64,000 nt of DNA from Octopus sinensis (Eukaryota). Positions 53,920 to 64,000 of this stretch are shown here, piece after piece. The position numbers and the translations under genes are program-made. Position 1 is the stretch's first letter. The number at the start of each line of letters is the position of its first letter. The stretch spans positions 170,128,001 through 170,192,000 of the forward strand of contig NC_042999.1 in assembly GCF_006345805.1 (NCBI RefSeq), in the 5' to 3' direction. The notes under the pieces are model-generated. The model worked only from the letters and a program-made list of their open reading frames with translations. It did no database searches and was not told where the DNA came from.

Positions 53920-54031
53920 GTAGGTTCATTACTGCAGTCATGTGAACATGTACATCGCTTATCTCCGTTTTCAAATTCTTTGCAGACACCATCAAAGAGG
54001 CAAGATGTTGCAGTGCAAAAAATATCTGGAC
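53920..54031 (-). CDS. FOLN (EGF-like) half of a follistatin domain
   Basis: 112 nt, tttctccag|GT...AC|gtacgt, phase 1 to 2. Encodes PDIFCTATSCLFDGVCKEFENGDKRCTCSHDCSNEP(T), with six Cys in follistatin spacing. Confidence 0.88.
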
Positions 54032-54908
54032 CTGGAGAAATGATAAGAAAAAGACAGATATAAGAATGAACATTAAAGAAAGAAAGAAAAAGAAAAAAAA
54101 AACACCCTGATTTTTGAAATTAAAACAAAATTTGAATAAGAATCGATAAGAGTATCTGGAAGACAACTGGTAGAAATTAGCTGGAAAAGATATTTAAATC
54201 TGATTAAGACTGGTATTTTTCTTTTCTATTTATTTTACAAGGATAAAATTTTTAAACATCATAAAGAAAATGAAAATAAAAACTGGAAAAAAAAATGGAA
54301 AAAAATCAATATAAAGAAAAAGGATCAAAATATCCCTAACAGAACTTACAAAACATGGTAGAACTTTGGAAGATATTTTGGAGTGGGGAGGGGGGTGATT
54401 TCACAACAAAATCACGTGAAATACATCATTTATAGTTGGTATTTATTTTTGTTTATAAGTAAAAAAAAAAAAAAAAGTTGCAGGGAAATTACTCAGCAGC
54501 AAATAAGCAAATAAGCAAGAGTAAAGATTTGAGCTTAAAACTGTGAAATACTGAACCAGATAAACTAAATAATCTCAGTAAGGGGCAGCCTATCATCTAA
54601 ATGTAAGCTACAAAAATATAGTTTATATTAAGGCAAAAAAAAAAAAAAAAAATTATGGTAGTTGTGAAGGGAAGTCCAGGAAGTTTTTTTTTCAGAAATA
54701 AAAGAGAAAGAAATCTTGTCCTTTGAATGAATATTAGTCAAAATAATTTCAATGAGATAAAAGGAAAATTTAAGTTTTTATCTTATATTTTTTACTTGTT
54801 TCAGTCATTGGACTGCAGCCATGCTAGGGCACACCACCTTGAAGGGTTTTAGTTGAACAAATTGACCCCAGCATGCTTTTTTATTTTTAAGTCTAGTATT
54901 TATTCTAC

Positions 54909-55250
54909 GGAGGTGCATGACTCTGTGGGTAGAGCAATGAGCTCATAATTGCAAGGTTGTGAGTTCGATTCCCAAACCGGACTATGTGTTGTGTTCTTGA
55001 GCAAGACACTTTCTTTCACGTTGCTCCAGTTCACTCAGCTGTAGAAATGAGTTGCGACGTCACCAGTGTCAAGCTGTATCAGCATTTGCCTTTCACTTGG
55101 ATAACACTGGTGGCATGGAGAGGGGAGGCCGGTATGCATGGGTGACTGCTGGTCTCCTATAAACAACCTCACCTGAACTTGTGCTTCAGAGGGGAACTTT
55201 CTAGGTGCAATCTCATGGTCATTCGTGACTGAAGGGATCTTTACTCCTTT
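54909..55250 (+). mobile_element. Apparently full-length tRNA-derived SINE with CORE-like segment
   Basis: A box tgactctgtgggtagagc, B box gagttcgattccc, then tgttcttgagcaagacactt. Confidence 0.72.
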
Positions 55251-56696
55251 ATGGGGACATACACAAATTAACACCAGTTGTCAAAGTGGTGAGGGACAAA
55301 CAACAAAACACAAAGACACATACATATGATGGGATTTCTCACAATTTCTGTCAGTGAAATTCACTGACATTAGTTAGCCTGGGGATGTAGCAGAAGACCC
55401 TTGCCTCAGGTGCTGTGTAGTGGGACTGAACCTGAAACAAGGCGGTTGTGAAGCAAGCTTCTTAACCACACAACTGTACCTGAGCCTAGAGGTGAAATTA
55501 TAGAAACATCAATGACCAATGAAGGTGTTTCAAATGCTTTGATGTCCGACTTGGTAACAGGGGAAATCAAACAACAAAGGGAATAAAAAAATATATAATT
55601 AAAATAAAATAAATGAATTCTTTGTTACTATCAACAAAGAAAACTTTACATCATTTGAATCAGTGAAAATAAATAAACTGGTACAGATGAAAGTTCAAAT
55701 AGAAACTGTACTCTTTACTCTCTTTTACTTGTTTCAGTCATTTGACTGTGGCCATGCTGGAGCACCGCCTTTAGTCAAGCAAATCGACCCCAAGACTTAT
55801 TCTTTGTAAGCCTAGTACTTATTTTATTGGTCTCACTTGCCCAAAGTGCCACGCAGTGGAACTGAACCCGGAACAGTGTGGTTCGTGAGCAAGCTACTTA
55901 CCACACAGCCACTTCACAAAAGGATGAAAGGTAAAGTCAACCTCAACAGAATTTGAACTCAGAATGTAAAGATGGATGAAATGCCACTAAGCATTTTACC
56001 AGGCATGTTACCAATTCTGCCAGCTTGCCACTCAATATTGATTCATTATATTAAGGGGTAAAAATTGAACAGAATTTATATCGATTGTCAAAACAAAAAT
56101 AACTTCTGTTATTTATAAAATATATTTCCTAAACAGGATATTAATACGGTTGGTTGGATGGGTTTTGAAAATCTGAATATTTCATGTTACAAAGAGAAAT
56201 TGTTATTCCAACCAAATCATTTTTTGATCACTGTTGACCATTGAACCTGGAAATAGAATGAGGCCAACCTAGCCTCAAAAAGCAAGCTGAGGGGAACAGA
56301 ATGCCATGTTTTGTTTAGATAAACAAAATGTCTGAATTTATGACTGGGAAGTCAATAAATGGTTCAGCACCTTAAATTGACAGCGATTGTGCTTCAGATA
56401 TTAAAATAATATATAAAAAAAGACACAGAAAAAGCTGCTTCTTCGTGGAACAAATCGAAAACATATTTCAAGAATACCTGAGATACTCAATCATTTCATT
56501 CCTTTACTGATTTCATTCTGGGGCACTGCTTATAAGAGTTCTAAGACAATTATATTAAACACATGAGTATTCTGATTTTGATAATCACATGCAAAACAAC
56601 ATTTATACGAATGGATAAAATCTTCAACTCAGAAGACATAGCACAGTATCTAAAGCTAAAGATAGTGAACTTGTATATGTCGATCTTCACAATTTG

Positions 56697-56990
56697 TGCA
56701 GGATAAACTGGAAAGACAGGGTAACAAATGCTGCAGTACGAGACAAGCTGAAAGTCCAAAGACGGCTGGAGTCAAGGATGAAGTCCACAAAGCTATCATA
56801 TTTTGGCCATTCACTGCCCAAGACCATTTTGACAAGAGGCCATCAAAGACATCTGTAAACTGATGACACCAAAGAATGGAGTGGGAACAAGAGCCCTGCT
56901 GACAGTATGCATGCACTACAACACAGAAGGAACTGGAAAGAGTTGGCAAGCCAATCCTGGACACAGGGAGGGCATCTGGCTGATGGTCAG
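56697..56990 (+). mobile_element. RTE-type LINE C-terminal fragment of a second family
   Basis: The plus frame from 56697 reads CRINWKDRVTNAAVRDKL...KLSYFGH, typical of RTE/BovB-like C-termini. Confidence 0.7.
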
Positions 56991-58689
56991 ACAAAAAGTT
57001 CTTTGGGACTAATTTTTATTGACCTAGGGAAGAACAAAAGACAAAGTCACCATGAGCAGAGGGAAAAGTAACTGGGATGGAGCAAAAATACCATAAAGTT
57101 TTTTTGGTTGGTGTGCACCCTATAAACAAGGATACAAAATGAACACATAGACACACACACAAAAAAAAAATAAATACACTTGATAGGCTGTTATACAGCT
57201 TCCATCAACCAATTTTAGCTACAAGGAATTTGGTCAATCCAAGGCAAAAGACATCTGAAGATACTATGTAATGAAACTGATTCCAAAACCATCATGTGGT
57301 AGTAGAACAAACTTCTTAACCACACAAGTATGTTTTGATACTCAAAAGCATTTAATACAAGTAGAACAGTTTACATGTGTTTACTTGGGGGTGGTGGTGC
57401 AGAGACCCTTGCTCTTTTACCAAGAATGCCTGAACTTACACAAACATGGATTGATGAACATGTTTACAAATGAGAAAAGTACTCAGTCCATTATGTAGAG
57501 TGCATATATATCAGAAACTGATATGGTTCAGATTGCAGATATACGTTTGGTTGAATTTGACAACAGGATATTGAATGTGTTCAACTTTTAATTTGTTTCT
57601 ATAAAGACAGCCATATTGAACTGAATTCTACATAGCTTGTTTACATCGTACCCACAATATAAGGTGAAGAGAACAGGCATTGACAAGGCGTCTTATAAAC
57701 AAGAACTAAGGAAAACTGAAAATATACATTTACCTTTATGAAATAATATAATGACAAAAAACATTTAAAATACAATGTTTATAAAACAGTATTCTGATAC
57801 TAACAAACAGTAAGTCAGTGACCCTAACAGATGCATCTTGAAGCAAATTCAGGCATAAATAATAGCTTATATTTTTTACCTTTTACTCTTCTCATTCAGT
57901 GGACTGTGGCCATACTGGAACATCACCTTGAAGGGTTTTAGTTGAAAAAATTGACCCAGTATGTTTTTTTTTTTTTTTTAGTCCGGTGCTTATTCTATTG
58001 GTTTCTTCAACTGAACCACCAAGTTATGAGGATGTAAATAAACCAACACTAGTTGTCAAGCAGTAGGGGGGGGTGCAGACATAAAGAGACACACACACAT
58101 ACGTACATGTACATAATGAACTTCCACACAGTTTTTGTCAATTCAATTAATTCACAAAGCACTGGTCAGCCCAGGTGTGAGCTTTAGTAAAAGACACCCA
58201 TTGTGCTACACAGTGGGACTGAACCTGAAACCACACGGCTGCAAAGCAAGCTTCTTAACCACACAGTCATGCCTGTGCCTATAATACATTCAGTTAATAA
58301 GACCATGGATGATGGTCTGTGCCTTGTAGGTAGCTTTTCATCTCCATACTCTCTAGGTCTCTTTTTTAATTCACTGTATTGTAATCTATTCTAATTTAAC
58401 AGGTGAAATCACTTCAAGGCATCATTAATAAAGACTTATTTATCTATATTTTTCTCATACCTCTATATTTGTGCTCTAATTGTAAACCAGTAAACAGCGA
58501 ATTCTACTGTGTACATTAGGAAATATACAGATGATGTGTACTAAAAATTCTTCAATAGCATTTCATAAAATTAAAATAAAAAAAGAAAAAGAATACAAAC
58601 ATAGAACAAATGACATATATTTCAATTTTTCAAAAAATTAATTAAAATTGCTTGTGAAAGATATCTTGCACAACAAGTTTTGGTCTTAC

Positions 58690-58718
58690 CCTGGAAATAA
58701 AAATGAATGGTAAGATAT
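58690..58718 (-). CDS. Candidate 29-nt signal-peptide exon (second part)
   Basis: cattttcag|A TAT CTT ACC ATT CAT TTT TAT TTC CAG G|gtaaga, phase 2 to 1, compatible with the FOLN exon. Confidence 0.45.
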
Positions 58719-58802
58719 CTGAAAATGTTCTTTATCTTTAAATATCAATGAAAACCTTGTGGCAAACAATAGTGAAAATGAAAAAAAAATATGTGTGTGT
58801 AT

Positions 58803-58835
<33 letters not shown>

Positions 58836-60019
58836 AGCATTTGCAACTGAAGCAATGAGAAGCTTGGTGCAATATTGCAACTTTTGTTAGGAAAACAGCA
58901 AGAACAAACACACACAGATATACAACTTATGAGGTCAGAAGTGTAACACACAAAATTGATATGACTTAAGAGTTTATGTTATGGTTATAGAACTGTAATA
59001 GTTTCACAGTATTATCAACAAATATATCAGGAACAAAAAAAGAAAGAAAATCTCATAGGACTGACTAAAATTCAAGATAGAACTGCAATGAAATGATTGC
59101 AGATTTAATTTACCTGTATGTGATAGTCTTATTTAGAATGCAAATCTTCTGGAGAGCATAGGTTCTGGTGTAATAGTAAAATTGTCAGCCCCTATGAAAC
59201 TAAAAGCTTATGCAGCAGTTAGGGACTGATCTTGGTATCAAGCTTCTCAAAAGCTTAGTTATTAGTAGCAGAAATAATCAAATAGTTGGTGCAGTTTCCT
59301 AACTTGATACCATTTAAAATCTACTTGTTAAAATAGCTCATTTCTAAATAATATATAAAACAAAAACCTTAAAACAGTAAGCTGAACAACAATATTCAAA
59401 ACTTACTGAAAGAAAACACTTTCAGGTTTTTAGGTGTGTATTAAATGCTAAAGTTTTATCTTTATTACAGCTATTAAACATTAATTGAATGCCTTAAAAA
59501 CCCAGAGGAAAAACCCTAAATGGTGATTTCCAACTTAGTTTCTAATTATATCACCCTCATCACTTAATGTCTGTTTTTCCATTCTGACATTTGTTTGGAT
59601 GGTTTGACAGGAGCTGACTAGCGAGAGAACTGTGCGGCCAAGTGCCAATGTCTGCTTGGGAAGGGTCTCTGCAGTTGGATGCCTTTCCTAACAGCTTCAC
59701 AGAGTGTATTCGGTGCATTTTACATGGCACTAGCATTAGTGAGGTCACCAAGTAACTCACAAAATAAGACCCCTTAACTGCGGGAGGTGGGTTTATGCCA
59801 AAAGGTAAGAGTTTAAAGTATGGTAGACAGACAGAAATAAATATCTTGCAGTAAAGGAGACATGTAGCTCCCTCAGTTGAAAAAGGAGAGAAGGTGGTGG
59901 TGGCTAAATGTATATTACTCAAATCTCAGCTTTTAGGAATGAAAATCAAATTCAGATCTAACCTTTTTTTAAAAGACTGTCACTACAAATAGTTACCCCA
60001 AATAATACTTTGATTTTAT

Positions 60020-60232
60020 TTAACCCTTTAGCATTTAAACTGGCCATATCAAGCCAAAATATTCTACCTGTTTTATGTTCAAACTAGTCAGATCCAACCT
60101 CTCATACCTATTCAACAATGCCATAGCACTGAAATCTCTTAAAGCTACAAGATAATGCATGGATTAATTCAAAACAATGTGAATGAATAAGCATTACATT
60201 TGACAGAAAAAATCTGACTGCTAAAGGGTTAA
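60020..60232. mobile_element. piggyBac-like MITE, best-preserved copy
   Basis: Perfect 14-bp termini including TTAA: ttaaccctttagca / tgctaaagggttaa. Confidence 0.85.
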
Positions 60233-63200
60233 AAGCTTATCTATATCAACAAAGTTTGGGTAACCAAGTTCATTAAAGGCACTGGCTAGTTCTCTATCTC
60301 TATCTGATACAGTCTTGTTTACTGTAATGGTACAATTTCACACTGAACTTTATCAGATGAAAGTTCATTTGTTAATGATTGCTGAATCTAAAAAAATAAA
60401 ACAGTTCCGACTGTGCTCAGCAGGGACTGTGCTGACGAAATGGCTATGGTGTCAGTCCACCAGCAAAAATTCTCTTCACACTTGTCACCACTAACTGACA
60501 TTAGAAGAAGCAAAGTACTTGAGAAGATATTGTGTTGCATTATCAATTCATCGTGGGTTCAATTCTACAGTAGATGTTTTGCTGTGTGGATTTGGGCAGC
60601 ACAATTCTATATAGGTGTTTTGTTGTGTATTTGGATAACCCGGTTCTACAATAGTTATGTATTTGGACAGCACAATTCTATGCATCCAGGTCACCCAGCT
60701 ATGGCTGAGGCAGACCAGTATCCTCTCCAAGGAAAGCTTTATCCTTCATCTGCTTAGAGCCGTAAAACTTGTGAGGCAGATATAATCTTTCACTTGATTT
60801 AACACCACTATTTGGCCCTTGAGTGTCTTTAGCAAGGCCCACTCTTCATGTCTTCAGTGTGAAGAGTGAGCTAAGCTGATGAAGCATTGCTTCCCACTGT
60901 ATCAACGCAACACACTGGAGGTACTAGAAAAAGACAGCAGCACAGCTCTTCATCTTCTAAACCATAAAAAAATTTAGAAAAGCTCATAACTAAGCACTAG
61001 TTCTTAAAAACCCATCAAGGTTTGGAAGACATTTACATACTTTTTCTTACACAAGATAGCAAATAATGTAACTTGAGAGAATTAAGGAAATAATGAGGCA
61101 CTAAGCTATTGGAAACTGCCAATTATTTTACACTACTGACAGGGTGTTTTCTGTCATACCCTTAAAATAACCCATTCACATTATTTTACAGATGTTTTGA
61201 TACAAACTATTTCCTCAGAGTTTGACTCTAATGTATATTTAAAAATTTCAGATGACTTATCTACTTAATTTTATGCTTGCAATAAATCTGAATTTTGGAG
61301 CTCCCCAAATAAAATTTAAAATACTAGACTATAGATAAATTTTTCCTGAGAGCTTTGAAGAATTTAATGAATTGGATCTAACATTAACAATCTAAAGACT
61401 TAACAAAGTCTGAAATACAATGAGCAAATATTGTCAGCTGAAATTTATCATTTACTGAATTAAAAATAAAAAAATCTCATCATCAGATTGTATCTCTGTC
61501 CAATCATGTCACCATTTATAATTGGTAAAGTCATGCAAAGAAAAGCTTGAGGGTGGGATAAAGTGAGAACAATTTGGAAAATAATGCAAAATATTTGCTA
61601 AAAGAAAAAAAGAAATAGATTGATCATATTTTGAAAGCACAAAAAAAAAAAATGAAGCTAAATGAAAATGTTGGTGGGCAAAATATTGGCTTGGCAGTGT
61701 CAACCTTTGATGAATGTACAAAAGCAAATAAAAAATATTGGGAAATGAAAGAAACACCGACACTCAGACTTTGGGGAGTGGGGTTACTCTATCTTTTTGT
61801 TTTTTCTCTCTCTTTGTAAGGATTTCTTTCAGTCCCCTACATGCATACTATCTACTTGGCTGACTCACATACATAAGTGACCAGTCTAGTTGGCCAGATA
61901 ATTCAGTTTGAGTTAATAAAATTGATGTTTAGACATTCCATGCTGAATTGCATTAAAGTTGGCTAAAACAATACATAATGAAGGCAACTAAATGGAAAAG
62001 CATCTTTAGCAATTTAAAATTGTAAAACCCTGCATCTTAGGTTTTTCTGAAAAGCGAACAAAAGCTGTGAAATAGGAACCTGTGGTGGAGACTGCATATT
62101 GGCAACGGAGACAATAAGGGGAGACTTTTTTATAAAAGCTTCAATTTTAAATATGGAAGTAATTGAAGTGATAAAAAAAAATAAAATAAAAAGGAAAAAT
62201 ATATTTAGCAAGCAAGAAATAAATAGCTAGAACTATGCTAAAACTGGCAAAAATTATTTTTTCTTTAAGCGTCAAGTTTAATTTTAAAATACATTTTGCT
62301 TCAGCGCATTAAATCAAAAAGATTAATTTTCCCCAATAAATATTTCTTTGGGCTGTTCCTTGTGATTTCTTTGTTGAACTGACTTTGAAGAATAGCCTTG
62401 GGTGCCAGTTCAAATTTCTATATTGATTATTTACCAAATTGAATAAAAGAAAAAAACAAAATGTGAAAATTGCTCCGTAACAAGAACCTAAGAAAGACAA
62501 GATTATCCTCAGCAAGTATTGTCAAGAAACTCAACCTGCAACTGAAATCAATTGATTAGTAAAATAGAAAATAACAGCTTAACTGAAAATAATAGGATTT
62601 TTATTTGCTGTTCAATTTAATGACAATAGAGATGCACTGATATGCCATCTAGCGAACATCTTTTCTCTAATCAGATATTCTCCAAAAGAAAACTACCAAA
62701 TTTGACAGTTCCTGTCCATTATAACCAATCTGTTTTCTCTAAATAAATCAAACAGTTCAGTAATGTAGCAAAGAAAAATACCAATTTTATTAACAGCAAT
62801 ACAAACCGATCAGTTTGGTGAAGAGGAAGACCAATAGGTATTGAACTTTCTAAAATCAATAAGCATTTCTTGATGGATTAATACGCAAACAATCAACAGA
62901 GAGAAGAATGCCACACCATACTTAATATTCCTTCCTACATTCAGTTTCAAAACAAAATGGAAATTAAAAATAAGCTACCATAGGATTATCAATATATAAC
63001 TTTTTTACAGAAGTACTAACTGTTGTTGCTGTTATAGTTATAGGCAGATGTACACAACATGATAAACAAGTGAATAGTGACATCTAAGAAAGGTTTCAGA
63101 CCAGGAACTTCAATATGAACAAAACCATGTAATTAAAGACAACTAGGAGTGGAAAGAATACATGCTATATATATATATAGTGAGGAAAATATTGAAATGA

Positions 63201-63652
63201 AAATAATTAAATCAGTTACTTGTTTTAATTAGTATATTTACTAGCTCAGCAGTTGATTTCAAAGAACAACAAATCTGGAAAATTACTATCCAATGTGGTG
63301 CATATCCAGTTCTAATTTTTCCGATGAAACTTAGCTGGCTCATGTTAATACCACCAATTTTTAATTACCACTGAAGACATAGATTATAAGCCCTAACTGA
63401 GAGAACAGCTCCTAGATTGACCAACAAAAGCTAAAGTGAGGCAGAGGTAGTAAGAACCAACAAGTAATTACTGCAATGACCAAACACTAAGCTCACGGTC
63501 CTTAAAATAATTTAATGTAACTACAGATATTTGGAATTCGAACACTAACAAAACTTGAATCATGTCTCTATAATGGAAGCTTACATTGAATATGGCTCTG
63601 ATAGGAACTGGTCACTGAAATCACTGCTGTATAGCAGAAGATGGTAGCTTAC

Positions 63653-63684
63653 CCTAAAATTAGTTTTATGCAGAGAACTGACAT
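63653..63684 (-). CDS. Candidate first coding segment of the signal peptide
   Basis: ATG at 63684 gives MSVLCIKLIL + GG|gtaagc (phase 2), which joins 58718 to read MSVLCIKLILGYLTIHFYFQG. Confidence 0.38.
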
Positions 63685-64000
63685 TGACCCATAACTGTAT
63701 GATGGTGCTTACATTTAGTCCGCTTACACAAATAAATAGATCCCTATTGGTTAGCCAACAATATTTAATTGTCTTAAAATCATGCCCAATGTTTATTTCT
63801 CTCACGCTAATACCAGACATTACAATACACAGGTTCATAAACAATGAAACAAACCTGACAGTAAGTTACCTGATATTTCCCTTTCCTATATACATTACAG
63901 AATGCAGAGAGTCACTACACTTACAAAGAGAAAAACATTCAAATACAATCAACACATTCATCAAAGCCAACACCTGGACAATCTGATCCAAGAATTAGTG

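Noticed and set aside
53912-54166. ORF-track protein MSSRYSYRF...
   Set aside because: Wrong frame over the FOLN exon plus intronic pyrimidine tract.
59114-59195. Exon-like unit ending ACAG|gtaaat
   Set aside because: The candidate exon has no ATG-initiated reading frame that runs to the donor; at most a UTR exon.

Overview
AT-rich, intron-dominated animal genomic DNA; the repeat content suggests Octopus or a related cephalopod (inference). The window holds the 5' part of one large minus-strand gene for an insulin/IGF-receptor-family protein. I assembled the exons by hand from GT-AG sites, and the phases are consistent at every junction: L1 (40883-40371), Cys-rich (24351-24185, 20305-20122), L2 (18769-18674, 18212-18065, 17142-16928), FnIII-1 (10162-10036, 9015-8962, 5693-5515), FnIII-2 (2427-2257) and insert domain/alphaCT (2098-1924). 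The furin site, transmembrane segment and kinase, if present, lie beyond the left edge. Main surprise: two upstream exons (54031-53920 and 41585-41473) encode a complete 10-Cys follistatin (FOLN+Kazal) domain that splices in frame onto L1, implying a follistatin-domain insulin receptor. A separate signal-peptide exon (51115-51048) could give a Kazal-only isoform. The introns carry decayed RTE LINEs and their 3'-end copies, tRNA-derived SINEs, TTAA-flanked MITEs, a mariner relic, a hAT MITE, a 38-bp minisatellite, and several hairpins and inverted duplications. The gene model has no transcript support here.
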